Source: Chiloscyllium plagiosum
Taxonomy: Eukaryota
Reading direction: 5' to 3'
Length of the DNA stretch: 64,000 bases
NCBI RefSeq assembly: GCF_004010195.1
Contig: NC_057718.1
Coordinates: 12,739,949 to 12,803,948 of the forward strand
Part shown: one piece after another, positions 1-12,059 of the stretch
Layout of the letters: the number at the start of each line of letters is the position of its first letter
Numbering within the stretch: position 1 is the first letter of the stretch
Made by a program: the position numbers and the translations under genes
Notes under the pieces: generated by a model
What the model was told of the DNA's origin: nothing
Seen by the model: only the letters and a program-made list of their open reading frames with translations
Database searches by the model: none

Positions 1-359
1 GTCTAGAGGAGGGGAAGGGAGTGGGTAGGGATGGAGATGGGGGATGATGGGACTGGGATGATGGGAGAGAGGAGGGGGGTGTAGGGTGAGGGGGAGAGAG
101 AGGGGGCTATGGAGGAGTACTTTTTGACCCCATTGCACTATGCTCTGGACAGAGAGAGACAGTCCACAAATAGGCTCAGATTTTTTTGTTAACATCATGT
201 ATGGTTTCAAAAGCGCTGGGGCATTATACCAGACAATTGTCTACAAACATTCAACTCTTTTTGTTTTGAAATAAATGTTTAAAAGAGAAGCAGCTCCCTG
301 TATTGCAGTACTCATTAAAAAGCGCAGTGAGTGAGAGGCCTGGGGAAGGGCAGACTTAC

Positions 360-617
360 ACTCAGTGCAATAGGCTCCCTTCCAGCCGGGGTTACACAGC
401 TTTTCCCCCTTCTCGCCGCAGCTGAAGTGACCGAACGCGTCGTCCCTCGGCCGGCAGAAGACGGAGCAGCCTTCCCCATAGTAGTGCTCGTCGCAGACGA
501 AGCGGTAAGAGTACTTGAGCTCGGTGTGGCTGCTGGTGTGCACATCCTGGGACCACTCATCACCGACCGTGAGGTGCCGCTGAGTCGCCAAGCGGCTGAT
601 GAGGCGATCGGGGTTAT
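360..617 (-). CDS. DLL1: Delta-like protein 1, exon 4 (end of C2 domain and DSL domain, [26 protein letters not shown]...GWKGAYC)
   Basis: Acceptor CTTCTAG at 618, donor T|GTAAGT at 360/359; 258 nt; canonical DSL cysteine pattern. Gene continues beyond position 1. DLL1 is preferred over DLL4 from the sequence and the adjacent FAM120B. Confidence 0.95.
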
Positions 618-735
618 CTAGAAGTCAGGAGAGAGAGAGAGAGAGGGAGGGATACAGTCACACACTTCGAGAAACCTTTCAGGAAGCTTTAACTCAGTAG
701 GGAGGCTGGTGAACATTGACTGAGAGTGAAGTTAC

Positions 736-796
736 CTGTACTCAGATCATCAGTGGGCTCAGCATGCAAAGCCTCAATGATTAAGGAGAACGTTCC
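736..796 (-). CDS. DLL1: Delta-like protein 1, exon 3 (GTFSLIIEALHAEPTDDLST)
   Basis: Not in the ORF track; read by hand. Acceptor TTTTTTAAACAG, donor G|GTAAC; 61 nt; GTFSLIIEA motif of Delta ligands. Confidence 0.95.
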
Positions 797-1273
797 CTGT
801 TTAAAAAAAAAACAAAAAGACTGAAGTAATTTGGAGCCAGTGATTTAAAAAGCGTTTCAGATCAGCTTGATTCTCTCGCACACACACACACGCGCGCTCT
901 CTATCGTCTCCATGTTGCAAAGAGGGGACCTTTATTAAGCCCAGTGTATCTATAATCTCAGTGTAGGATATTGGCAGAGGCTACAGTTGTCATCGACCTT
1001 CACGCTTAATTTCATCGCTTTCATAAATCACATTATAAAATGAAGCTATTTGGAATCTCACGCTGGGCTGAAAATTGCCAGTGAGGCTGCTGTGAAGTTT
1101 CCCACATCATTAAGTTGTGTGCCCGTGAGTGGGGCGTTTGTGACTGCTTCCCCCCCACCCCACACACACACACACACACGTCTGAAGGGTTAGAAGTTAT
1201 CCCCTTCCTTCCCCAGCCCACTCTCCCCACCTCTTTCAGCCCTAACCGCCACTGTCAGAGAGACACCGCTTAC

Positions 1274-1567
1274 CGGCCAGGTGAAAGCGAAAGGGAACCG
1301 CATGGGGTTACTGAAGGTTTCGGCGTCCGGGATGGAGAAGGAGTTGGAGCCCAGCACCGGGGTCAGGGCGCTACCGTAGGTACACGGCGGCTCGGGAGAG
1401 ATTTTCGCCTGGTAATGCTTGAGGCAGACGCGGAAGAAGGTCTTACACTCGCACGGGAGGCCGTAGTTGGAGGCCGAGGAGCCTTTGCAACAGTTCACAT
1501 TCCCAGCCAGCCCTTTGCGATTATTGAATTCCTGCAACTTTAGCTCAAAGACGCCAGAGGGGGAAGC
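1274..1567 (-). CDS. DLL1: Delta-like protein 1, exon 2 (MNNL/C2 domain, [11 protein letters not shown]...[13 protein letters not shown]...FTWP)
   Basis: Acceptor CAG at 1570-1568, donor CCG|GTAAGC at 1274/1273; 294 nt, phase 0/0; translation is the Notch-ligand N-terminal domain. Confidence 0.95.
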
Positions 1568-1700
1568 CTGCTTTATACAAACAAAAACACATACACATAA
1601 CATCAGTGTAGAAAGAGAGGAAGCAAGTAAGACAGCGACAACTGCAGCCCGATTTCCAGGACGGAATCTTTGTTCGGATAACGATAGCAGAAACGCTTAC

Positions 1701-1754
1701 CTGGTGGAGTGCAGCCAGCAGAGTGATGACCAGGCAAACACTGCGGTGGGCCAT
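1701..1754 (-). CDS. DLL1: Delta-like protein 1, coding exon 1 (signal peptide MAHRSVCLVITLLAALHQ)
   Basis: ATG at 1754 in context GAGATGG; 54 nt; donor CAG|GTAAGC at 1701/1700; hydrophobic signal peptide; in phase with exon 2. Confidence 0.9.
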
Positions 1755-2524
1755 CTCCGGCCACTGGATTAGCCTGGAGCTGGTGGAGAGCCCGGACCGC
1801 TTCCAACTCCACTGAGAATGTTTCCCCTTTAGATCTCTCAAGTCCTTTGGCTGCACTGAAGTCTACAGAGAACCGCCCTGGCTCTGGTGACTGACAGCTC
1901 TTCTCAATAAGGGTCAGTTGCTTGGAAGTGGTCGATACATACACTGGCGTGGTGACTGAGCGCCGTCCTAACCTCTCTCTCTCTCTCTCCCCCTCTCTCT
2001 CGTGTGTGGGTTTTGTTTTCTTCTGAACCAGACGCTTGGGTGGGAGGTGGAGGGGTGGGGGTGGGGGAGAGGTTTAATTCCAAACAGAACCTCGTAAAAC
2101 GCGACGATCCCAGGATTTGTTTATTATATATATATATAAATACATATAATATCAGGGACGCGTTGGAAATCCCTGCTCCGATAATTCCAGTGGCAAGTTC
2201 TTGTTTTTTTGGAAACGGCTGGACGACACCCTGTGATGCTCTCTCCGCTGCTTGTTGGTTTGGAGAATTTCAGATGATGCTGTTGTCCTTTTTTCCGTCC
2301 TCTCACTGTTGTTTTTTTTTAAATCTTGCTGTTTCACCTCTCTTCCCCGCGCCCCCTCCCCCCCCACACACACACACACTGACAAATGTACACACACACA
2401 GATACACTGACACAGACAAATGTACACACACACTGATAAATGCACACACGCGCGCGCGCGGGTTCTCTAAATCACCTCCCGACTGGGAATCCACAGCAAC
2501 TCAATTTCTGATCTGCCGAGCTCC

Positions 2525-2630
2525 GAGCCCGGCGTTTATATATAGCAGAGCTTTTGCATTTCTAATGACATGCATATTGTCTGACCCACAGTGTGGCGAG
2601 CGGGTGACAAAAGAGGCGGGTCCCACCTTC
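2525..2630 (-). promoter_or_regulatory. Probable DLL1 core promoter (TATA-like box, GC box, octamer-like motifs)
   Basis: Minus strand reads CTATATATAAACGCC at ~2545-2531, about 790 nt upstream of the ATG, in CpG-rich DNA; GAGGCGGG at 2613-2620. TSS near 2510 is inferred. Confidence 0.45.
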
Positions 2631-3054
2631 CTCAATAGATCTCCAAATGATCAGTGAGCTGTAAAGAGGGGGCAATCCACCGGGTATACACACACAAACT
2701 TATTTGAATTCCAACGAACACACACACATATAAATAAAAACCCGCATCATTTTTTTTTTAATCATCGTACATACTCCGGGAGCGGGTATATCTATCCCGT
2801 CCTGACTTTTCCCGCGACTTATTTATATTTAGTAGGAAAGGGGGTGTCAGTTAGTGAGTCGGGGGGGGGCAACTTTTAAGTCAACCTGCAGAAGTTAGGA
2901 TTTTTTTGAGGATTGTTTGTGTGTGTGCGCGCGATAAAGCTGGGTTTTTTTTTCCGGGGGGGGGGGGGAGAGAGAGAGAGAGAGAGAGAAAAGTTGGTGG
3001 GTGTGTGTCGTTCGCGTGGCTGTCATTACTGCAGTTGTTATTGTTCAGCTCAAG

Positions 3055-3120
3055 GCGGCTCATTGTGCCCTGTCAGCTGTATGTTAATACTAGCAAGCAC
3101 CTGCTCTCTACAATAGAGCA
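3055..3120 (-). promoter_or_regulatory. DeltaM-like neural enhancer (Ascl1/Brn E-box-octamer composite, second E-box, SOX-type sites)
   Basis: Minus strand ATTAACATACAGCTG (3088-3074) fits ATTWNCATDCAGSTG; CACCTG at 3098-3103; CATTGT at 3061 and ACAATAG at 3110. Confidence 0.75.
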
Positions 3121-5479
3121 GTTCCCCTCGGCGCACGCAGCCTCGCCTCCCGCACAATATCCGCGGGCCAGGCTCTGCACTCCAGCGAACAAACACACAC
3201 ACACACACACACACAGACTGGCCAACTGACCAGCCGCCAGGTCATTTTATAAACATACATACATGTTCAAACAAAACCATCTCTCGCACACTCACACAGG
3301 ATTGGATAAATAACTTTTACAGCAAGCTGGCGTCCAACGTTAAAGGCCAAAGATTCCTTGATTAAAAAACTGACTGTCTCCCCCCCCCCCCCCCCCCGCC
3401 ACCGACGGTTACATCTTTGTTTTTGACAGCACTAAATAACTGTTAGGAGTTTACAGTCATCTCTCTCGGTGCTTCGCAATTCCAAGACCCCCTCCTCCAC
3501 CCTGGGGATTATTTACCCCCCCAGCTCCTCACTATATTCCAAATAATCTATAAACGCCTGGCTGATGACCGTGGAAAATCTATGAAGTACGTGGGGTTGT
3601 GAATTTCGTTGTTGCACATTTTTTTCCCGCCGTATTAAAGGCTCCTCTGTGCGCACTTCTCAACTTTTATTGAGGACCGTTGACTTTGGGAGAGAGAGAG
3701 ATTTATGATTGTGAGAATAAGGCTGACACTGGGGCTGCTTCTTGATAAAGTGGGTGCATTCTGAGAGGCTGAAACAAGTGTTTCAAGTGAGGTCCTTCCA
3801 AATAATGCCTTGCCAAGAACTTTTGTGTGTTTTTTGTTTAAAAATAGTTCAATGCACACACACAGAGTAATGGCTTGCAAGTTAATGTGTTCCAAAAAGA
3901 AACTTTTAATGCATTGGATTTTTTTTGCTGTTGTAGTTCAAAATGTACAAATGTAAATAATTTCCACGCGCAAGGATTTAAATCTACCAAAAAAAAGTTA
4001 TGCCTTTGGCAACCCCCCAGCATGCGTTTGTTAAATTGACGGGGCACAGCTTTTACGATTTCTGTGGCAAAGCGTAACTGAAAGGCAGACTAAAACATAG
4101 CAATTCTTCCTGATGCACTTATTCTATTCAGGCTTAATTTATGCCACGCGATTCTGTTTTCATGAAATCAGGCAGAAAGTTCCCCTTTTCTATCTCTCCC
4201 TGTCTCCTCCTCCTCCTGCCCCTTGTAGCTGGCTTAAGCCTAACCAGAAGGAGGGGGGGGGGGGAGCTGGGTGGTAGGGGGTGCTGCTGCTGCTGGGGAA
4301 TGAGACACAGAGAGACTGTTTAACTGCTGGAGCCTGCGCTACTCCTCACCGGTACCCTGGAGAACAAAGAGGGGACGTTGCTGGAGACTGGAGGTCCACC
4401 TATTCAAACATTTTTTTTATCCACGATCCCCCCCCCCCTTTAATTTTCATTGATTATCAAGACAAGAGGAAGCCTTGGGGGATTCGATCTAAAGGGGTAC
4501 GGACACGCCTCAAACGCGGTCAGTCACTAGTCGGCCATCTGTTCTGAACAAATGGCGTTATTCCGCGCAAAGTGACATGTCCCTCTCTCGGATTTTCCTG
4601 ACAATATGCGCTCGGGTTACACAAAGCAATTCTCTGGGAACCTGTAACGGTATGACTCTGACATGTGGCTTAGATAGTCCCATGCTCAGGGATTCTCAGC
4701 ATCACCATACCAACCCCCACCCCCAACACCACCACCCCATGATAAATTAGTGGATCGAACCTAAGGAAGGAGAAACTGGATAGATTGGTTACAGCACATG
4801 TTATTTTTATTTTAAACAAGACCATCAAACTGGTGTGATTTATCAAACCGGACCGAGCAAGTGCAGCACTCTATTGCTGGCAAACTTGCTCGTCGTTTAT
4901 GTACCGGCTCGCCGGCGATTGCAAGATTTAAAATAAAAGTCTCCAGTCAGCGGGTACAGTCAGTGTCTGTTACCCTGAAACCCACCTCAACACATTTCAG
5001 TTTGTTTGTGTTTGAAGGGGGCGCGTTGAAATGAAAGCGGATGGAATAGGCTCCAAAGGTTCACGGGCAGGTCCTGTTAATATATCATGGTTCTGGGAAA
5101 GAATTCTGAGACAGGACCCCAATCCTTTCAGCTGCTGTTTGGAGTAGATTTTACAGAGGGGTTGGGGGTAATTGTATTGGGGAGCTTTATGCGAGATCGA
5201 ATCCAGGTTGCAAACATGTTCTGATGTTTCCACATGGCGATCAAAGCGGCAGTATCAGTGATTTGATGAGACTATATGACACAGTAATCGAAAATCGTGA
5301 ACGAGCCAAAGTTTTAACTGTGACACTGAAATCTAATGTCAGGTTAAAACGATCACGACAATCTGAGCTTTGCATGGTGCCAGCCCTGCTTCAGAAATCT
5401 CTCACTTAATAAAGAACGTCTCGGAATGTTGGCGACCCTTGTGAACGGGCCGAATGGTCTGAAGCTGTTGCTGGGACTT

Positions 5480-5580
5480 CAGTTTTGTGGCGCAGTGGCA
5501 TACCCAAACCTCTGAGCCAGGAGATCTGGGTTCAAGTCCCACCTGCTCCGAGGTATGTCCGAACCACGTAGGTTAAAAAT
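5480..5580 (+). mobile_element. Short tRNA-derived SINE fragment (related minus-strand copies near 7230-7300 and 10178-10245)
   Basis: A-box-like GTGGCGCAGTGG and B-box GGTTCAAGTCC with no complete cloverleaf; similar sequence recurs in the window. Confidence 0.6.
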
Positions 5581-6612
5581 ACTCAAAAAAAAAACCCCTT
5601 GCCCTGTTCCGAGTTCTCCCTCGCCGAGAACAGGTTTGTGGGGCTCTGGTGATGCAGGAGTCCCAACTGCTCCAGAGATGTCTCCTAACATCACCAAACA
5701 GGTTGACCAGAATCTATGTCAAACCCGTGCTGCTGCCGATTTTGAACAATGTTGAGAGTTTATTGCAATGTGTGTGTCTGACACGGTGGGAGGGTGATTG
5801 GTAAATCTGGAGAATTTTTTAAAAACTTTGAATTTTAAAAGCTTTGAACTCTCTCTCTCTCTCTCTCTCTCGCCTGGATTTCCAATTTGATCGAAGTTTG
5901 TTGGATTGCAGCGCAGTAAGTGCCGAGCTTGTTGCAGAGGTATGTGTTGATTTGAATAAGAAAGTGCCAGTCGCGTGGCTCCGAGTTCAGAGCTCAGAGC
6001 AAAGCAGGCGAGGGATAAAGGCGCTCTTATGTGTCCGCCTTTCAAACCCTGCAGCCCAGCGGAAAAAAAACCCGACATTTTCATAACAAAACTGTGATGT
6101 TTACCTGTGGTCTTAGAACCGAGGGGGCACTCCTTTTGTCTCACCATCAGATTACTAGGGGCCAGCTGCTCTCTGCATGTCTTTATATCGCAGTCTGCCC
6201 AATCTCTCAGTTTCCCTGATCTTTTCCACCTCTCCAGCTCCCCCCCCACCCCCCCACCCCGCCCCACTTCAACCTGTCTCCCTCCCCCCACAACACCTGA
6301 AGTGGAGGAGGGTGGGAGGTGAAGGAGAAGGTAGGGAGGTAGTTTAGACTCTTGCGCTGTATTCAGGGAGGGTGAAGTGGTCTGGAGGGAGGGAGATAAT
6401 GTGGTGGATCTTCTAGTGGGACTGAGGCCAGTCGCGTGCCGATGTCTGCTCAGGGACATCTGCCGGCTCCGGGGCTAATTACCAACCTGATGGGAGAAAG
6501 AGCCTTTCGACTTGTGAGAGGGAGAGGATTACACATAACTTCAGGCTATGACTACCACAGTAGCCACTGCACAGGTCCGAGCGGACAGCCGAAGGCTGCT
6601 GCATTGTTCACG

Positions 6613-6903
6613 TGTGAGTGTGTGTCTGTGTGTGGGTGTGTGTCTGTGCGTGGGTGTGTTTGTCTGTGTGTGGGTGTGTTTGTGTGTATGCGGCTGTGTG
6701 TGTGTCTGTGTGTGTGCCTGTGTGTGGGTGTGTGTGTCTGTGTGTGTCTATGTGAGTGTGTGTGTCTGTGTGTGGGTCTGTGGATGTGTGTGTCTGTGTG
6801 TGGGTGTGTGAGTGTGTGTGGGTGTATGTGACTCTGTGTGGATGTGTGTGTGTGGGTGTATGTGACTGTGTGTGTCTGTGTGTGTGTGTGTCTGTGTGTG
6901 TGT
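6613..6903. repeat. Degenerate (TG)n microsatellite
   Basis: Continuous interrupted TG array; source of several spurious ORFs. Confidence 0.95.
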
Positions 6904-7719
6904 AAAATAAAGGGAACAATGCCTCCGCGCAATGAAAAGACCCACTCCCCTGATCGCTAACTAGAACCCAACTTTCAGCAGTACGACCGAACGTCACTAC
7001 CCCACACAAAGATCATAAAATCACTAGATTCTCAAGCATTACAGGGGCTGCCACTTCCCTCTCGATCAACCTCCGGTGATATTTCGTCACATTTATTTCA
7101 TATTTTTATCTTAATCGGATGAGAGGAGTATATTCTCCCTCACACACACACAAACACCCCACCCCGGAAAAAGCACAGGAGTTTCCATGCGATAGCTTTT
7201 CATAAAATAAATCTAATGAACCCGCACTTCTGGAGCAGGTAGGACCTAAACCGGGGCCCTCCTGGCTCAGAGTTAGGGACAGTACCTCCGCTATACAGGA
7301 ACCCCACCCAGACAATCCAATCTTTAACATAATCGGCCGGTGTTACTGGAAATTGCACATGAATTAAACAATGGGAGGTTTCTCAGCGTGGAAAGTTGGC
7401 GTGTTTAACCCCCAAATCTGGCTGGCTTGAGTTTTGCAATTATAAAGCTGTAGGTTTGCAGGTATCGACGCTAAACTGGTGCTTTTATGTTCTGTATTTT
7501 CCCCGCCCCCAAAACAACCGCAGTTGGCAACTTTTTCGGAAGGTGCCTGCAATAAAGTAAAATAGTTTTTGTACGCTCCCTCCTACTTGGCCCAGCATTG
7601 TAACCATCCCACAGTAACACAACCGAAATATTGGCTATCACCAACACTACTTTCAAAATCAGCAGTGGATTCCGATAGTTACCAGGGTGTTTCTTTTTTC
7701 ACCAATGATTGAACATTGC

Positions 7720-7940
7720 TGCGCAATATGATCTGATTTATGACACAGGCTATTGAGCAATGGGATGTGAATGGAACGGAGCAAGCTTACAGAGACTCCA
7801 AATCATTACAGAGACTCGCCCGCCTTCTATAAGCATCTGCCTCAAGAGGAACAGATGTCGGCACCTGCGGTGACAGGCTGCATATGTTCCATCCCATTCA
7901 CTACTCACTCATACATCATCACAATGGATAGGCTTTGTGT
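7720..7940. promoter_or_regulatory. Candidate DeltaN/homology-I type enhancer (proneural E-box cluster)
   Basis: CATCTG 7834-7839, CAGATG 7852-7857, CACCTG 7862-7867 and CATATG 7881-7886 within 53 bp; TGATTTAT at 7734; ACAATGG at 7921; non-repetitive DNA. Confidence 0.55.
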
Positions 7941-8454
7941 GTGCGACTTCACAATATATTAATCTCCCAGATAGCTACACTCCCCAGAGCTCTGCACTGT
8001 TTAATTTTATACCACCAATAACATCTGACTAATCCCTAAATCTCCTCTTAAAAGGTCCTTTACCCAACCTGTAAAGTTATTTAACTTCCACCTGTTGCCC
8101 TCTCAGTTAAACACAGAGCTAAAGTTCTGAGAGGTGATTCCGGTATCCGTCCTTTCCCATTCTTTTCAGGGAATAGCTTTGCCTAGTTCCGCCTAATTAA
8201 AGAAAACGTTGTAAATGAAATAAGGGAGAAGATGGAAGTTACCACACAGGCTGATGCCAGTCTATACCACACAGTCCTGCAGATATTTGAAATAGAAAGT
8301 CAGGTCATGATGTGGACTGGCCAAAGCACGCTGTAGCATTGAAGTTCTGGGGAGAAATAGCTTCTTCCCGTAGTTTCCAAAATGCAGAACGGGAAAGCAT
8401 TAAACGTGTTCTGTCTGGGGACTGAGGCATTGCAATGTGTATTCAAAGGTTCAC

Positions 8455-8725
8455 GCTGACACACTGACACACATGCACATACACACAGTTACACCTAGAT
8501 ACATAGTTACACAAACACCTACACAAACACATACACAAATATTTATACACATATATACATGTACACACAAACACATACAGACCAAACATATCCACAAACA
8601 CAGGCAGACACATACATGCAAATGCATACACATACACACACATAACAGAGACAAATACAATCACATAACATACATACACACTAACATATGCATATAAGCA
8701 TACATAGACAAAATGCGACACATAC
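8455..8725. repeat. Degenerate (CA)/(TA)-rich low-complexity tract
   Basis: ACAC/ATAC-rich decayed microsatellite. Confidence 0.85.
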
Positions 8726-9204
8726 TTGTTGGAGATTATTGAAAATGTTGCCAGAAGGGCAAAGCATGGAATAAAGGAAAATTATAGAGAAACAGAGCAT
8801 GTACCTTTACCTTGAAGCTAAATGGACAGAAATATGAGATGTTTAGGAAGGCATACAGGATTGCTATCATTTAGGAATTCATGTGGTGCAGTGCATATTG
8901 TCTCTACCTCTGGGCCATTTCTGATGACCTAAGTATACAGAGTCTGGATTTAACAACTTGATGGCCAAAGTATATGACTCATAGTGCATTAAAATAGGTT
9001 GATTATCAATCTGTAAATCCCGCTGATATGCCTGGGGCAGGCAGTGTGAGTGGGAGTGTATCCTGGTCAGTTGGCCCTGGGTGCAGCTGCAGTACAGCAG
9101 TCTCCCTACATTGAAAGACTCCACATGAGATTCTTACTGTGAGCATGCATCTTCCTCCCTCCGATTGATTGCCATAAACAGTTCTCTTTATTATTCACAG
9201 CATC

Positions 9205-10130
9205 AAATATAAGACCACACTTGTTCCCAAAATGGCAGGACTGAACCATGAAGAGAGATTGGGCAAACTGTGTTTGTATTCTTTAGAATTTTGAAGTTTG
9301 AGAGATGAACTTATTGAAACTTATAAAATACTTAAAGAGATCAACACAGTTGATGGAGGTAAGAGGTTTCCCTGGCTGAGGAGTCTAGAATTAAGGAGCA
9401 CAATTTAAAATAATGGGGTGACACTTAAGTCTGGGGTAAGATTTCTTTTTACTCTGAGGGTTGTGAACTTCACAAAATCTCTCCACCGTGGGCTGTGCAA
9501 GCTTAATCTTTGAGTCTGTTTAAGATAGAGATTGAAACATTTCTGATGACCTAAGTATACAGGATTATGGCATAATTGTATTGAATGGCTAGGCAGGTGC
9601 GATTGGAATGAATGGCCTGTTCCTATATTCTTAAGAGCAGGGAGGTTTAGCTAGAACTGCATAGAACCTTGTCAGGCCACACTGCAATACAGTGTACCAT
9701 AATTTTACAGGAAGGGTGTGGTCACATGACAGAGAAGGTACTGTGAGTTTTACCAGGATGTTAGCAGGATTGGAGAAAGGAAGCTTTGAAGAAAGATTGG
9801 ATAGGCCAGCAAAAAAATACAAAATGCAGGCTGAATAGGCTGGAATTTCTTTGCAATGGAGAAGGCTGAGGGAGATTTGATTTGAGCGGTGTAAAATGAG
9901 AAGGGTGCCTTGATGAAATGGATAAGGAGGACCTATTTTCCTTTGCAGAGAGAGACAAGGTGGGGGTGGGGGGAGGGCGAAGGATTTAAAATATTTGGTA
10001 TAAGTGTTAGAAGGGAGTTAAGGAGTACTTTTTCACCTAAAGGACAGTGAGGATATGGCACTCATTGCCTAAAGAACTGGAAAGGCAGAAACACTCATGT
10101 ACTTTTATAAATTGATTAGTTATGCACCTG
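9205..10130 (+). mobile_element. Two decayed CR1-type LINE 3' fragments
   Basis: Remnants of the CR1 ORF2 C-terminus (YEERL..L, RGDLIE.YKI) and 3' UTR GAATGGCCT; boundaries approximate. Confidence 0.65.
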
Positions 10131-11843
10131 TGGTGTGGGTGTTTTCTAATCAACTTAGGGAAGTTATTAGATAGCTTGGAGCAGGTGGGACTTGAACCTG
10201 GACCTCCTGGTCAAGGAGTAGGGATACTACCACTATGCCACAAGACCACTTGGTAAGATTTCCAAAGTCCCATCAGACCATAGAGCTGCTGAGTGGAGAG
10301 AGATGACTGGTGGTCCTTTAATCTGAGGGTCCCCACACCTCAGGCAAGGCGAGAAGTTGAGAAGCTGGGATACCTTCGTGTCTCAGTTGATACAGGAATT
10401 AAATCTACCCTGCATGGCAAACCAGCCATCCAGCTAACTGAGCTAACACCCCCATAGAGGGCTATATACTGGAAAGTGTGATGAAACTGTAGGCCCATAT
10501 GATGGGCAAAACAGTTTCCCACAGCTCTATATATGTCGTCTATATTGCATCACTCAGTGTTTGGCCTGTTGAATGCTCATCTTTCAGTCTTTGACTAATA
10601 ATTAGAACATCTCCTGTGAAATGTATGGCATGGAGCCGTGCAAAGAGAATCCATGTCAAGACTTTATTTTTTGCCTCTTCCTCCTATCATTTACAAAGGT
10701 TTCCTTTAACATCTGAGCCCCTTCAGTTGTGATTTGTGTGTCTCAGTATGCACACCCCAACGCTGTATATGGAAACTCCTTTAGTGTTTAAAGGGAGACT
10801 GTCCATTCTGCACACTGCAAAGTCAATGACTAGAGCTTGTGATGAGGAATGAGGGGAGACACCTAGAGAGGCAAGACTGAAAAAAGATATGACTCACAAA
10901 ATAAACCTGTCTAGGATTTAGGTGTAAATGTTATGTTTATTACAAATGATTGCATCTACACAGTGGATGTCCAGCAGACTGAGTGCAACATAAAAGTGCT
11001 CCAGACAAGCTCTATTGATGGATTGGAGAGATTTAATTAAAAAAAAACACAGTTGGAACCAGCATCGGTTTCTCCTCCTCCGAGTATCACATGGAGAAAA
11101 TAAAATCAAAATCTGAGCACTCTAATTGATCAAAGATATTTAATCTGAGAGATGCTTCTGTCCATTTTCTCTCTGTTATTGTATCTGGGTGGCAATGTAA
11201 TAGTTACTAAAAGGATGCTTGAGAATGCATGCAGCTGAAGTTCCTGTCTATACTGACAGAGGACTGATGGGCTAAATGGACTCATGAAACTGTGATATGT
11301 GAGTATATCATTTGTGGCTCCAAGTTCATGATGGGTCATTTCCAGTTCATTTCTCGTGATGCTATTTACACAAATACGTGCCTGCATAGCTGTGTCTGTT
11401 TTGGGTCTATATCTGTGTAACTCAATCATTATTCCTGTCACTGTGTACATGTACACCAAGGCATGCCTGAGCATCAATGAGATATGTAAGTGCGTAATTC
11501 TAATTTACATGAGACTTTACAATTTTCACTCATGAAATGGAATGTCCTGTTGGGTGCCTATATTCATGTTTAGGAAGGGAGGAGAATAAGGAATAGAATG
11601 TTAAAAAGTGTGCCTGTCTGTCTATTAAGTGGAACTAGCCACAATCCCATCATTAGGTAGGGAAGATCAAATGGGAGAGGAAGGGGAGGTGCAAGAGCAT
11701 GACCAAGGGATTGTGGAGGGGCACCAGCTCCCTGAGGTCCTGAGCACCTGACCTGCTATGGTCTGTACCAGAGCCCAGCACACCCTGTTTGGTGTCTAGT
11801 TATGACCAAATTAAGTTTCCTTTTGTTGCACCTAAGTCTTGGC

Positions 11844-12059
11844 GAGCTGAAAATGTGTTGCTGGAAAAGCGCAGCAGGTCAGGCAGCATCCAGGGAACAG
11901 GAGAATCGACGTTTCGGGCATAAGCCCTTCTTCAGGAAGAAGGGCTTATGCCCGAAACGTCGATTCTCCTGTTCCCTGGATGCTGCCTGACCTGCTGCGC
12001 TTTTCCAGCAACACATTTTCAGCTCTGATCTCCAGCATCTGCAGACCTCACTTTCTCCT
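11844..12059. mobile_element. Palindromic Penelope-like mini-insertion (family A) with hammerhead motif
   Basis: Perfect 90-bp inverted repeat (11844-11933 / 11936-12025), 34-nt tail, flanking direct repeat CTAAGTCTTGGCGAGC (11832-11847, 12060-12075); same sequence as the 3' end of the PLE at 56326-58245. Confidence 0.85.
11904..11938 (-). ncRNA. Minimal hammerhead ribozyme motif (family A)
   Basis: CTGAAGA-A-GGGC-TTAT-GCCC-GAAAC-GTC; all core nucleotides present, stem I weak. Activity unknown. Confidence 0.65.

Noticed and set aside
5719..6459. 246-aa minus-strand ORF upstream of DLL1
   Set aside because: No recognisable domain, includes simple repeats, no supporting exon structure
6436..7009. 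Cys/Val- and His/Thr-rich ORFs (also 2004-2657 and 8437-8721)
   Set aside because: Translations of (TG)n/(CA)n microsatellites
11844..12025. miRNA gene, MITE or transcription terminator reading of the palindromes
   Set aside because: Arms match a PLE 3' end, have a one-sided tail and variable-length TSDs, unlike fixed-TSD DNA transposons; no evidence for a miRNA
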